A stretch of DNA of 64,000 bases from Desulfuromonadales bacterium (GCA_016931615.1 JAFGEL010000062.1:25837-89836), one strand, 5' to 3'. Shown: positions 9,777 to 19,719, counted from the stretch's first letter. Notes: a model not told the origin generated them from the letters alone. Made by a program: numbers and translations.

Positions 9777-11471
9777 ATGGCTGACCAACAACCAAAACCG
9801 GCAATTTTACTGATTGATGATGTGCCGCTGATCCTGGATCTGCTGGAAGATATCCTGGAGAGCCTTGAGTACCCGGTTCTGCGCTTGGAGTCAGGGCTGG
9901 GGGTGACGCAGATTCTGGATCGTGAGACTGTCGCCCTGGTGTTCTGCGATGTGGCCCTGCCGGATATCAACGGCGTGAGTGTTTTGCGCATGATCAAGCA
10001 GCACAGCCCCGAGACCCAGGTTATCATGATATCGGGGCAGCAGGATTTTGATGTCGCGCGCCAGGTGCTGCGGGAACGGGCTTTCGACTATCTGGTGAAA
10101 CCTTTTTCCCAGGAGGAGGTCCTCCGGGTTTCGCGTCAGGGGATCAGTTCTTACTACCATGCGGTGCATCAGAACCAGGCCCGGCTTGAAGCCCAGAGAA
10201 GAATGGCCGATCTGATTCTGTTGAGAAAAGTCGGGGAAACAGCCAGCTCAAGAAGTGATCTGCAGGAGCTCTTTGATCAGATTCTTGACTCGATCGTTCA
10301 TTCAGCGGGAGTCGAGGTGGCTTCTCTAATGTTGGTCAAGGACGATGGCTTACTGCATATCGCCTCGGCACATGGTCTGGCGGAGGCGATCGCCAGTTCT
10401 GTCCGCGTGGCGTCGGGAGAGGGTATCTCCGGTCATGTCCTGGCAACGGGAGAACCGATCCTGGTTCCGAATATCGATCAGGATAGCCGCTTCGAAAGTC
10501 TTTACGGGGGACAGCGCTATAAAACCCAATCCCTGCTCTCGGTTCCGATCTTCGTGCGTGACGAGCTGGTCGGGGTCATCAATGTCAACAACAAGATATC
10601 CGGTGAATCCTTTGATCTTGAGGACCAGAATCTGTTGATCGCGATTGCCAACCAGGTTGCTCTGGCGATGGAAAACTTCGAACTGATCAACAGCCTGCGT
10701 CAGCAGGCCCTGGTGCTGGAACGCACCAATGAAGATCTGGTCCGGGTCAACCGGGCCAGGACGCGATTGGTGTGCAACCTGTCCCACGAGTTGAAAACGC
10801 CTTTGACATCGATCATGGGATATATCGACCTGTCGCTGTCATTTTTCAATAAATTGTCTGAAGAAGAACTCAAAGACAATCTGGTTCAGGTGGGAGAAGA
10901 AGGCAAGCGCCTGGAACGCCTGATCACCGGCATGCTGAGGTTGTTTTCCATTGAATCCGAACGGGAAGTCTGGCGCTGGAAAGCTTTCGGGGTGCCTTGG
11001 CCGATCGCTGATGCCCTGCAGTATTACAATGCCAAGATGAATGAACGCAAACTGGTGACCGAACTTGATCTGGCCGAGGATCTGCCGGAAATCTACGGGG
11101 ATCAGGAAAAGTTCGGAATGGCCTTCAATGCCCTGATAGATAATGCCATCAAGTTCAATCGCGAGGGCGGGCTGGTCCGTGTTAAGGCTGAAGAAAGAAT
11201 CTACGAGGGTTTGCCCTATGTTTACCTGCAGGTCTTTAACCAGGGTCAGACCGTTCCTTTGGAAGCGCACGAAACGATTTTCAATTCCTACACTCAATTG
11301 GGCGATATCGACACGGAGAAGCCGCATGGAGTCGGGATTGGTCTGGCTCTGACCAAGGTCGTCGTCGATCGCATGGGGGGTGATATCTTCCTTGAAGAAA
11401 TCGCCGGTGAAGGCACCTGCTTCGGCTTGTTGTTGCCCACCGAATCAACCTACAATGAGCTCAAAGGCTGA
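9777..11471 (+). CDS. hybrid sensor protein: N-terminal receiver (REC) - GAF - HisKA/HATPase histidine kinase
   Basis: The REC domain begins ILLIDDVP and includes DVALPDINGV. A GAF-like middle region is present (GEGISGHVLATGEPILVPN). The H-box is LSHELKTPLTSI. ATP-lid motifs are DNAIKFN and GVGIGLALTK. Confidence 0.85.
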   Translation: MADQQPKPAILLIDDVPLILDLLEDILESLEYPVLRLESGLGVTQILDRETVALVFCDVALPDINGVSVLRMIKQHSPETQVIMISGQQDFDVARQVLRERAFDYLVKPFSQEEVLRVSRQGISSYYHAVHQNQARLEAQRRMADLILLRKVGETASSRSDLQELFDQILDSIVHSAGVEVASLMLVKDDGLLHIASAHGLAEAIASSVRVASGEGISGHVLATGEPILVPNIDQDSRFESLYGGQRYKTQSLLSVPIFVRDELVGVINVNNKISGESFDLEDQNLLIAIANQVALAMENFELINSLRQQALVLERTNEDLVRVNRARTRLVCNLSHELKTPLTSIMGYIDLSLSFFNKLSEEELKDNLVQVGEEGKRLERLITGMLRLFSIESEREVWRWKAFGVPWPIADALQYYNAKMNERKLVTELDLAEDLPEIYGDQEKFGMAFNALIDNAIKFNREGGLVRVKAEERIYEGLPYVYLQVFNQGQTVPLEAHETIFNSYTQLGDIDTEKPHGVGIGLALTKVVVDRMGGDIFLEEIAGEGTCFGLLLPTESTYNELKG

Positions 11472-11474
11472 CTT

Positions 11475-12662
11475 ATGAGTAACTCGATACCATCCGGATT
11501 CCGTTTCTCGGCACTGGCAAGCGGCATAAAAAAAACCGGAAAAATGGATCTGGGGCTGATTGTTTCAGATGTTCCGGCAGCTTGTGCAGGGGTTTTTACC
11601 CGGAACAAAGTTGCCGCGGCACCGCTGCAGCTGACGCGTCGAAATATCGTTGCCGGGCGCTGTCAGGCCATCCTCGTCAACAGCGGCAATGCCAACGCCT
11701 GTACCGGTGAGGAAGGTTTGCAGGTCGCAGAGAAGACCCTCCGGCTCGCGGCGCGGTCATTGGACCTGAGCGAGGAGCTGGTAGCGGTTTCGTCGACGGG
11801 GGTGATCGGTGTCCAGCTGCCCATCGAGCCCTTTGAAAGAGCGCTTCCCGAGCTCGTTTCCGCTCTGGGTCCTGATCAGGCGGAGCAGGTCGCCGAGGCA
11901 ATGAGAACGACCGACGCTTTTGTCAAGACAGCTTCAGCTCTGGAGCCCGGGCCCGATGGTTACAAAATTCTCGGCCTGGCCAAGGGGGCAGGGATGATTC
12001 ATCCCAATATGGCCACGATGCTTGCATTCGTTCTGAGTGATGCCAGCATAGAGCGCACTCTGCTTGATGAAGCTCTGCATAAAGCTGTTGAGAAAAGCTT
12101 CAACTCGATTACCGTTGATGGTGATACCTCGACCAATGATATGGTTCTGTTGCTGGCAAACGGTTGCGCGCACGGGCCGATGATCAACCCCGGGACTTTA
12201 GAGGCTGAGAAATTTTATCGTCACCTGGATCGCGTGCTTCTTGACCTGGCGAAAATGATTGTGCGAGACGGCGAAGGCGCGACCAAGCTGGTCGAAATCA
12301 AGGTCACTGGAGCGCTTGACCCTCAGGCGGCGAGAACGGCGGCCTGCTCGGTTGCTACATCATCACTGGTCAAGACCGCCTTTTTCGGTGAAGATGCCAA
12401 CTGGGGACGTATCATCGCGGCTGTTGGATACTCAGGCATTGACGTCGATCCTGAGAGGATAGATATCAGTTTTGATCAGGTCCCGGTGGCTCGCAACGGA
12501 CTTTCCACCGGTCCGGAAAAAGAGGCTGAGGCGACGCTGGTTCTCAAAAAACCTGAATTCGTTGTGACGATTGATTTAAATCAGGGTAACGCCGAACACA
12601 GTTACTACACCTCCGACCTGAGTTACGAATACGTCAAAATCAACGCCGCTTATCGTACCTGA
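11475..12662 (+). CDS. argJ: bifunctional glutamate N-acetyltransferase / amino-acid acetyltransferase ArgJ
   Basis: The 395-aa protein has the ArgJ autoprocessing region (GMIHPNMATMLAFV) and the conserved C-terminal end SYEYVKINAAYRT. Confidence 0.92.
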   Translation: MSNSIPSGFRFSALASGIKKTGKMDLGLIVSDVPAACAGVFTRNKVAAAPLQLTRRNIVAGRCQAILVNSGNANACTGEEGLQVAEKTLRLAARSLDLSEELVAVSSTGVIGVQLPIEPFERALPELVSALGPDQAEQVAEAMRTTDAFVKTASALEPGPDGYKILGLAKGAGMIHPNMATMLAFVLSDASIERTLLDEALHKAVEKSFNSITVDGDTSTNDMVLLLANGCAHGPMINPGTLEAEKFYRHLDRVLLDLAKMIVRDGEGATKLVEIKVTGALDPQAARTAACSVATSSLVKTAFFGEDANWGRIIAAVGYSGIDVDPERIDISFDQVPVARNGLSTGPEKEAEATLVLKKPEFVVTIDLNQGNAEHSYYTSDLSYEYVKINAAYRT

Positions 12663-13360
12663 TGACAGCCTCTTCAAAGACAAGCCCTGCCGGTCTGATC
12701 GATCATACGTTACTGCTCCCGACTACGACTGCAGCAGCTATAGAAAGCCTTTGTGAAGAGGCGGTCGAACATGCTTTTGCCAGCGTCTGTATTCCTCCCG
12801 TTTTTGTTCCCCATGCCGCCAGAGCCCTTTATGGTTCCGGGGTAAAAGTCTGTTCCGTAGTCGGTTTTCCCTGTGGATTTTCGACCCCCAGAAGTAAAGT
12901 CCAGGAAGCTGTCGAGCTGATTTCGTCTGGCGCCGAGGAAATCGACATGGTTATGCAGATCGGGTCTTTTCTTTCCGGGGACATCAATTTTGTGGAAGAT
13001 GAAATTGCCCAGGTTGTTATTGCTGCTGAAAAATCACCCGTCAAGGTGATTGTCGAGTGCTGCTACCTGTCCAGGGCGCAGAAAATCGAAGCGACTGAAA
13101 TGGTTTGTCGTGCGGGTGCTGATTTTATCAAAACCTCAAGCGGTTTCGGCCCTTCCGGAGCCGTTGTCGCCGATGTCGCACTGCTGGTGGAAAACTCGGC
13201 TGGCAGGATAGGGGTCAAGGCGGCTGGCGGTATTCGTTCGTTTGCTGACTATTGTCAATTCGTTGCCGCCGGAGCAACCCGTATCGGCAGTAGCTCCGGA
13301 CTGGCCATCATTGAACAGTGGCAGCAAAATGAATTCGCATCGTCATGTTCCAAAGGGTGA
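12662..13360 (+). CDS. deoC: deoxyribose-phosphate aldolase
   Basis: The N-terminus is DeoC-like (LIDHTLLLP). The class I aldolase Lys regions are VKVIVE and FIKTSSGF. Length is 232 aa. The start overlaps the argJ stop. Confidence 0.85.
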   Translation: MTASSKTSPAGLIDHTLLLPTTTAAAIESLCEEAVEHAFASVCIPPVFVPHAARALYGSGVKVCSVVGFPCGFSTPRSKVQEAVELISSGAEEIDMVMQIGSFLSGDINFVEDEIAQVVIAAEKSPVKVIVECCYLSRAQKIEATEMVCRAGADFIKTSSGFGPSGAVVADVALLVENSAGRIGVKAAGGIRSFADYCQFVAAGATRIGSSSGLAIIEQWQQNEFASSCSKG

Positions 13361-14532
13361 TTCTTATTGTTCTGGATGGGGTTGGTATCGGGGCCCTACC
13401 GGACGCTTCAATCTACGGCGACCAGAACGCTGCAACCCTGCAGCATGTCGCTGAAAGGGTTGGTGGGCTGCAACTCCCCTGTCTGGAAAAACTGGGACTG
13501 GGGTGCATTGCTCCGGTTGCCGGCCTGAAATGTCATCCGGCCCCCCTTGCCGGTTGGGGAAAGATGAGTGAACTGAGTCCCGGCAAAGATTCGGTGACCG
13601 GACATTGGGAAATTGCCGGGGTGATTCTTGATCAGCCTTTTGCGACTTTTCCTGAGGGTTTCCCGCAAGAGATCATCACGGCGTTCAAAGCGGAAACCGG
13701 CCTTGTGCCGTTGGGTAATCTGGCGGTCAGCGGTACGGAAATCCTGCGGCTGCTGGGAGAGGAACATCTCAGAACCGGTCGTCCGATCGTTTATACGAGC
13801 AGTGATTCAGTGTTTCAGATTGCTGCCCACGAAAAGATTATCTCACGTAAGGAGTTGTATCGGATCTGTCGGCAGGCAGAGAAGATATTGCAGCCCTATA
13901 ATGTTTGTCGGGTTATTGCCCGTCCTTTTGAAGGGGCCTGCAGAGATGACTTTTATCGTACCGACGGCAGACATGATTTCCCTGTTAAGCCGCCTGAAAC
14001 AACTCTGCTGGAAGAGCTGAGCAATGCCGATGTGACAACCTGTGGAGTGGGTAAGATCTACGATCTGTTTGCCGGTGTCGGAATCAAGCTGAGTTATCCG
14101 ACCAGGAATAATTTTGAAGGTATGGCCATGACCCTGAGTTCTCTGAAAAAAATTAAACAGGGACTGGTTATGACCAACCTGGTAGATTTTGATATGCTGT
14201 ATGGGCATCGTCGAGATGCAGAAGGTTTCGCTGAGGCGCTGATGGAATTTGACCGCTGGTTGCCGGATCTGCTCGAAACCATGGCTGCCGATGACCTGTT
14301 AATCATGACGGCGGATCATGGTTGTGATCCGACCACACCAGGAACCGACCACACGCGCGAATATGTTCCTTTGCTGGTTTATTCAGCCAGTCTGGGAGCA
14401 CCAGTGTCGCTGGGAATGCGTCGGACCTTTGCCGATGTCGGCGCGACTGTGGCGCAGAATTTTGCTGTACAATCAGCTCATGGTCAAAGCTTTCTCCCGG
14501 ATTTGCAGGCATGCGTCGGGACGCGGGATTAA
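13345..14532 (+). CDS. deoB: phosphopentomutase
   Basis: The N-terminus is RVILIVLDGVGIGALPDA, and the motifs TADHGCDPT and DHTREYVPLL are present. Length is 395 aa. It overlaps the deoC 3' end by 16 nt. Confidence 0.9.
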   Translation: MFQRVILIVLDGVGIGALPDASIYGDQNAATLQHVAERVGGLQLPCLEKLGLGCIAPVAGLKCHPAPLAGWGKMSELSPGKDSVTGHWEIAGVILDQPFATFPEGFPQEIITAFKAETGLVPLGNLAVSGTEILRLLGEEHLRTGRPIVYTSSDSVFQIAAHEKIISRKELYRICRQAEKILQPYNVCRVIARPFEGACRDDFYRTDGRHDFPVKPPETTLLEELSNADVTTCGVGKIYDLFAGVGIKLSYPTRNNFEGMAMTLSSLKKIKQGLVMTNLVDFDMLYGHRRDAEGFAEALMEFDRWLPDLLETMAADDLLIMTADHGCDPTTPGTDHTREYVPLLVYSASLGAPVSLGMRRTFADVGATVAQNFAVQSAHGQSFLPDLQACVGTRD

Positions 14533-14555
14533 ATCTAGATACAAGGGGATCGAAT

Positions 14556-14942
14556 ATGTGGAAAAAAACTTTTTTGCTGGTCTTGGTGTTATGTGTGAGC
14601 TTTTCATGGCAGGTGATCGCCGCTGTGACTGTGGCTGACGGTGCCATTACCTCGGCGATAGAAAATCAGATGCCGGTTGACCGAATCGAATCCTATGCCG
14701 CCGATTTTGGCAAATTATACTGTTTTACCCGCATTGTCGGGGCTCAGGGAGAAACACAGGTCACCCATGTCTGGTTTTATCAGGATGATGAAATGGCGCG
14801 GGTGACCCTGCCGGTTCGTTCTGCAGACTGGAGGACCTATTCATCGAAACGTTTTCTACCGCAGTGGGCCGGGGAATGGCGAGTTGTTGTTCTCGATGCC
14901 GAGCAGAATGTGATTTCGACACTGCCGTTTCGATTGGAGTGA
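14556..14942 (+). CDS. DUF2914-like secreted protein
   Basis: A signal peptide (MWKKTFLLVLVLCVSF) follows an AAGGGGA RBS. The C-terminal pattern (..GKLYCFTRIVGA..VTHVWFY..W..VVLD) resembles DUF2914. The track start at 14511 overlaps deoB and is less likely. Confidence 0.5.
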   Translation: MWKKTFLLVLVLCVSFSWQVIAAVTVADGAITSAIENQMPVDRIESYAADFGKLYCFTRIVGAQGETQVTHVWFYQDDEMARVTLPVRSADWRTYSSKRFLPQWAGEWRVVVLDAEQNVISTLPFRLE

Positions 14943-14952
14943 TGCCGGAGTT

Positions 14953-14987
14953 AAAAAGGCGACCTGAAGCAGGTCGCCTTTTTATTT
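14953..14987. terminator. bidirectional rho-independent terminator between convergent genes
   Basis: The hairpin is AAAAAGGCGACCTG-AAGC-AGGTCGCCTTTTT, with an A-tract 5' and a T-tract 3'. Confidence 0.65.
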
Positions 14988-15001
14988 GAGCGATGAAGCG
15001 A

Positions 15002-15427
15002 TTATTTCTTTTTTCGGGCCGCCCTCGCTTTAGCCAGATTGTCAGCCAAGCCCCGATCGACAGCCATCTGTCGGCGACTTTCGGAATAGTTCTTTGCCGC
15101 AAGTGATTGACTGCGGGGAATATCGAACTGCTTGCGATATTCGTTGGCGGTCATTTCATGGGCTGTTTTGAGGTGGCGAGAGAGGGTAGTGAAACCTTTA
15201 CCGCAAATCATGCAGTAGATTTTGTCTTTGCCAAACGCTTTTTTTCTGCTTACGGCCGGGGTGTCTTCATCTTTTTCCGCCGGTAATTCGGTAGCTTCAC
15301 CTTTTTCTAATGCGCTCAGTGCCGAATAGAGTTCGTTCAGTTCCGCGAGAAGTTCCTCTTTTGTCATCGGTGTGGTTGAAGCATGGGCTGCAATAATATC
15401 TGCAGCCATTTCCATGATTGTTGACAT
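15002..15427 (-). CDS. MucR/Ros family zinc-finger transcriptional regulator
   Basis: The Ros/MucR zinc-finger core is CMICGKGFTTLSRHLKTAHEMTANEYRKQFDIP. The 141-aa length is typical. Confidence 0.85.
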   Translation of the reverse strand: MSTIMEMAADIIAAHASTTPMTKEELLAELNELYSALSALEKGEATELPAEKDEDTPAVSRKKAFGKDKIYCMICGKGFTTLSRHLKTAHEMTANEYRKQFDIPRSQSLAAKNYSESRRQMAVDRGLADNLAKARAARKKK

Positions 15428-15635
15428 TGAATATCCTCCTGTCAGGTTGGATGGTTAGAATTAAATCAACACTATCCCCCCTCCTGATTCGATAAAATGA
15501 TCATCTTTGTTTATGTTTACATGTAAATTCAGGAAAAAACAAATTTTTTTATTATTATTTAAGTTATTAAACGTTTATATTCGAATGGAACAATGTGAAA
15601 GATTCCATAGCATTTGATTTCAATAGGAGCACTTT

Positions 15636-16676
15636 GTGAGTATAAGAACGTCACAGGAAGAATTGGAACTTTCGACTCTGGCTCAGGACGCCTGCTTCAG
15701 TTCTCGAAGCAGGGGGCGTCAATATCAATCCAAAGCCTGCTCAATAAGAACAGTATTTCAGCATGATAGGGACCGTATCCTACACAGTAAAACATTCAGA
15801 CGTTTGAAGTACAAAACTCAGGTTTTTCTGTCACCCGAGGGAGATCATTATCGAACCCGATTGACTCATACGCTGGAAGTTTCTCAGGTGGCCCGGACAA
15901 TTTCCCGGGCGTTACGGTTGAATGAAGATCTCACGGAAGCTATTGCTTTGGGCCATGATCTTGGGCACACACCTTTTGGACATGCCGGTGAAAGAGTCCT
16001 CAATGAGCTGGTTCCGGGTGGATTTCATCATGTCCGTCAGAGCTTGCGGGTTGTCGAGGTGCTGGAAAAGAACGGCAAAGGGCTGAACCTGACCTACGAG
16101 GTTCGTGATGGCATCCTCAAACATTCCAAGGGGCAGGGTGGTCTTCTGACCCCGGGTCCCGAATCCCGCGCCAGTACATTAGAAGGTCAGGTTGTGCGAC
16201 TGGCTGATATTATTGCCTATGTCAGCCACGATCTGGATGATGCCATTCGTGGCCAGGTGATCAATGCTTCACAGATACCAAAAGCCATATCAGACGTCGT
16301 TGGCCTGAGGCATTCGTGTCGAATCGACAGAATGGTCAGGGATCTGATCGCCGCATCTGCTGACAGGGGTGGTCGGCAAATTTGTCTTTCCGCTCAAATG
16401 GATGAGGCGATCCGCAACCTCAGAAGTTGGCTGTTTGAAAATGTTTATCAGGCTGAATGTGTTCAGGCTGAATTTGATAAAGCCTCTTATCTGTTGCGGG
16501 AACTTTTTGTCTATTTTCTCGCTAATGAAGAAACCTTTCTGCGCTATGGCGGTAAGCGTCTGGGGGACGACAGTCTGGAAATTTCCGTTGCTGATTTTAT
16601 CGCCGGAATGACTGATCGTTTCGCTCTGGCTCTCTACCAGGAGCTTTTTCTTCCGCGACCCTGGAAGATTCTTTGA
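15636..16676 (+). CDS. dGTPase-like HD-domain triphosphohydrolase (Dgt family type 2)
   Basis: It begins with GTG. Matching motifs are FQHDRDRILHSKTFRRLKYKTQVF, RTRLTHTLEVSQVAR and LGHDLGHTPFGH. Confidence 0.85.
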   Translation: MSIRTSQEELELSTLAQDACFSSRSRGRQYQSKACSIRTVFQHDRDRILHSKTFRRLKYKTQVFLSPEGDHYRTRLTHTLEVSQVARTISRALRLNEDLTEAIALGHDLGHTPFGHAGERVLNELVPGGFHHVRQSLRVVEVLEKNGKGLNLTYEVRDGILKHSKGQGGLLTPGPESRASTLEGQVVRLADIIAYVSHDLDDAIRGQVINASQIPKAISDVVGLRHSCRIDRMVRDLIAASADRGGRQICLSAQMDEAIRNLRSWLFENVYQAECVQAEFDKASYLLRELFVYFLANEETFLRYGGKRLGDDSLEISVADFIAGMTDRFALALYQELFLPRPWKIL

Positions 16677-16798
16677 TGTGCTATCACTTATTGGAATTTA
16701 TTGATAAAAGCTTGACACTTTTTAATCTGTGTGCTAGCTTTTGACGCAGTTTCCTTGGAAAATCAGGGGGTTCGAAGATATTCGTAGGGGCGATCGGG

Positions 16799-17245
16799 GT
16801 GGATCACAACAAAAAGCTGATTTTTCAATTAGGTCGGATTGGCTTTCTGCTTGATCTTACCCATGTTGTTGAGGTGGTGGATCCGGTTCAGGGGCTGTTT
16901 GATCCTGGTCGCAGTGATATCGCTCAGGGGATTGTTGCCGCACTGCGTTTCCGTCAGACCTGGATCCCTGCTGTCGACCCGGCTTTGAAGCTCGGCTTGA
17001 GTGCGCAGAAAAAAATCGTCGCCAGGGCAGCGATTGTGCTGCATGGTCATGAGGGCAACTGGGCTGTTCTGGCCGATAGCGTTACCGAATTGTCGTTCGC
17101 GGATCAATTGATTCCTTGTGATATTCCTTTTTTGTTGAAGGTCTCAGCCATGGGTTATTATTCTCAGGTATTCCTGCTGAACAATGAGCCCTGGGTTGTC
17201 TTTGATCCTGAGGATTATTATGGGGCTTCGGCACAATCAGCATGA
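16799..17245 (+). CDS. CheW-like domain protein (divergent)
   Basis: The 148-aa size fits a single domain. The pattern F.LG...F.L....V.EV.....L.P......GI.A.LRFR...IP.VD......L fits CheW-like coupling proteins. It is translationally coupled to the next gene. Confidence 0.5.
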   Translation: MDHNKKLIFQLGRIGFLLDLTHVVEVVDPVQGLFDPGRSDIAQGIVAALRFRQTWIPAVDPALKLGLSAQKKIVARAAIVLHGHEGNWAVLADSVTELSFADQLIPCDIPFLLKVSAMGYYSQVFLLNNEPWVVFDPEDYYGASAQSA

Positions 17246-17703
17246 AACGCTACGGGATCTTTCATCTGAATCAGTTGGAGTATGCGATTTCACTGACGCA
17301 GATCAGAAAAATCGTTCAGAATGCCCGAACATTTCTGTTGCCGAGATTGCCGCGGGCCGTATCTGCGGTACTGGTCGATGAAGGGCAGCTGGTCCCGGTT
17401 CTGGATCTCGGCCTGTTGAGTGGGCAGCCATCAGTCACGGATGAGGAGCTTTGTGCCTATCAGGTCCTGGTTGAATCCGAATATGGGACCATCGCTTTGC
17501 CGGCAGCCTTGAATGGAGCAATTGTTGCTGAAACAAAAGGGACATTATCCGATTCTACAGAATCCAAAATGTCATGGATAATGAATGAATTTATCTATCA
17601 GAACGTCCGATATAAAATTCTCGATATTAACTTTCTGGCCATTGAAATGACACAGAACTTTTGGCGGAATCAACTGGATACCAGTGGTGCGAGGAGACAT
17701 TAA
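17242..17703 (+). CDS. CheW-like domain protein (divergent)
   Basis: The 153-aa protein reads YGIFHLNQLEYAISLTQIRKIV....LLPRLP..VSAVLVDEGQLVPVLDL, which looks CheW-like. Its stop overlaps the start of the next gene (TAATG). Confidence 0.5.
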   Translation: MKRYGIFHLNQLEYAISLTQIRKIVQNARTFLLPRLPRAVSAVLVDEGQLVPVLDLGLLSGQPSVTDEELCAYQVLVESEYGTIALPAALNGAIVAETKGTLSDSTESKMSWIMNEFIYQNVRYKILDINFLAIEMTQNFWRNQLDTSGARRH

Positions 17704-19580
17704 TGATGAAGAAACTGCTGTTGGCCGATGACAGTATCACGATTCAAAAAGTTGTCGGTATCATCTTCGCGACAGAAGATTTTGAACTGACCATGACGGA
17801 TGACGGTAACAGCGCTCTTGCCAAGGCGAAGGAGTTGTTGCCTGATCTGGTCATAGCAGATATCTCGATGCCTGGTATGGATGGTTTTGAGCTGTGCCGC
17901 GCCATCAAGAGTGATTCCAGCCTTGCACACACCTCGGTGCTGTTGTTGCCCGGAGCTTTTGATCACTTTGATGAAGCCCGCGCGCAGGAGGTTTGTGCTG
18001 ACGGCTGGCTGACCAAACCTTTCGAGTCGCAGGCGCTTCTGGACAAGGTTGCCCAGTTGGTCGAAGCTGAGCCGGTACGGCTGGCCGACAGCGATGAAGC
18101 CCCGGCTCAGGATGCGTCCGCCGAAACGCAGGATGAGGCTGAAATGCCGGCTGACGACGGATTGGACGAAACTGTTCTCGGCCTGAACGAGCTTGACGCC
18201 CTTGAAGCTGCTGCGGAAACCGAAGAGGAGTCCCCCGATGATATCTGGGACGCTGTTTCTTTTGAAGAGGATGATCTTCAGTCTGATGAAGAAGTAGCAG
18301 AAGAAGAGGACTCTCCTTTTGAAGCGGCATTTGTTGAGCCGGACGAAATCACCGCCGACGGTGATAGCCGCTTGGAAGAAACAGCTGTTTCAGAAGCTTC
18401 TGCGCTTTCCAATCAACCGGATATCGCCTCTGAAGACGTTCAGGAAGACGTTCAGGAACCTCAGCCGGTTGAACTTTCTGAAACAGACATCGCCCCAGAA
18501 GCATCTCTGGCCGAAGAACATGATTTCGAGTCGTCCTCTCTTGATGAAGCTGACACAGTCGATTTTTCGACCTTTGAAGAGAATGAACCGAAGAGTGAAG
18601 AATCCGGAGCTGTTGAACCCTCGCAGGAAGAGGATGTTTCTATTGCGATGGTTTCCGAAGAAGAGCCTCTCGAATTAACTGAAGATTTCGCCATTGAAGA
18701 CTTTCCGGAAGTTGAGAGCGATGCCGCGGATGATTCCGGGGCTGATATCGCTCTTTCTGAAGATGAAGTCGTTGTCAACGACACTGCTGAGGCCGAGAGT
18801 GACATGGTCCAGAAGGACGATGTGGTGTCTGGCGGGGAACCGGGATTCTCCCACGAACCGGCTGAAGACCAGACTGACTTCGAAGCAGATGTAACGGAAA
18901 GCGAAAGTTTGTCTGGCGAAATTTCAGTGGATCAGGAAGGTCCGGACATTCTGGATCTTGCTGAAGAGGAGATCATCGACGACGATAATGAAGCAGTCCC
19001 AGTTGATTCAGTCTCCGAGGATTTCAGTAGCGCTTCAGGGTATGAGCCGGAAGACGAAGATCTTGAACCGGTCGAACTGCTGCTCCAGGATGACGAGGCT
19101 AGCCAGACTGAAAGCGATTTTTCCTCCCCCGAAGATGAAACTTTTGACGACGAACCCGAGATGACGGAAGCTTTTTCCGTAACCGGGCAGTTTAGCTCCG
19201 ACGAAGCTGCGGCTGAAGCTGATCAGATCGAAGTGGAGCCCGAAGAGGCGGAGGACGACGGGTTCTATTTCGACGCTGCCGAAGAGGACGAAATGTCCAT
19301 TGCGGGTGTTGCTGCGGCAGCTGTCCCGGACACGGGCGAAAGCTTTGCCGCTGGGACTGGGACTGCCATGCACGAACCGGCCGTTGCAATGGTCGAAACA
19401 CAGTTGCGCGAGCTGTCGGAAGAAGACCTGAAGCTTGTGGTAGCAAAAGTGGCTGGTCCAATTATTGAGAAAATGGCCGGAGAAATGCTGGAGCAGATTG
19501 CCTGGGAGGTTGTTCCTGATCTGGCCGAGGCCCTGATCAAGGAAGAAATTCGCAAGATTAAAGCAGCCGTTTCAAACTAG
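17703..19580 (+). CDS. CheY-like response regulator with ~430-aa polyacidic low-complexity linker and conserved amphipathic C-terminal segment
   Basis: The REC domain reads KKLLLADDSITIQKVV...DLVIADISMPGMDGFELC...TKPF. It is followed by a stretch dominated by D/E/S/A with almost no K/R. The C-terminus is LKLVVAKVAGPIIEKMAGEMLEQIAWEVVPDLAEALIKEEIRKIK. The start at 17703 was chosen over 17661 because of the coupling overlap. Confidence 0.75.
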   Translation: MMKKLLLADDSITIQKVVGIIFATEDFELTMTDDGNSALAKAKELLPDLVIADISMPGMDGFELCRAIKSDSSLAHTSVLLLPGAFDHFDEARAQEVCADGWLTKPFESQALLDKVAQLVEAEPVRLADSDEAPAQDASAETQDEAEMPADDGLDETVLGLNELDALEAAAETEEESPDDIWDAVSFEEDDLQSDEEVAEEEDSPFEAAFVEPDEITADGDSRLEETAVSEASALSNQPDIASEDVQEDVQEPQPVELSETDIAPEASLAEEHDFESSSLDEADTVDFSTFEENEPKSEESGAVEPSQEEDVSIAMVSEEEPLELTEDFAIEDFPEVESDAADDSGADIALSEDEVVVNDTAEAESDMVQKDDVVSGGEPGFSHEPAEDQTDFEADVTESESLSGEISVDQEGPDILDLAEEEIIDDDNEAVPVDSVSEDFSSASGYEPEDEDLEPVELLLQDDEASQTESDFSSPEDETFDDEPEMTEAFSVTGQFSSDEAAAEADQIEVEPEEAEDDGFYFDAAEEDEMSIAGVAAAAVPDTGESFAAGTGTAMHEPAVAMVETQLRELSEEDLKLVVAKVAGPIIEKMAGEMLEQIAWEVVPDLAEALIKEEIRKIKAAVSN

Positions 19581-19719
19581 ACTGACAAGCCGCAAAAACT
19601 TCTCTCTTCGGGGGGAGACAGGGAAATCTTGACTTCCTTGACTCCCCCCTTTATTGTCCCCTGCACATATCCCTTTTTGAATACCTCAGCAATAGAACAT
19701 GATGAAGGACTGACCTGAA

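Noticed and set aside
18000-19400. Repetitive-looking GA-rich DNA with many overlapping ORFs in several frames. I considered a CRISPR or tandem-repeat array.
   Set aside because: It shows no regular repeat-spacer periodicity. It is the coding sequence of the polyacidic linker (GAA/GAT/GAC/GAG-rich). The other-frame ORFs are compositional artefacts.
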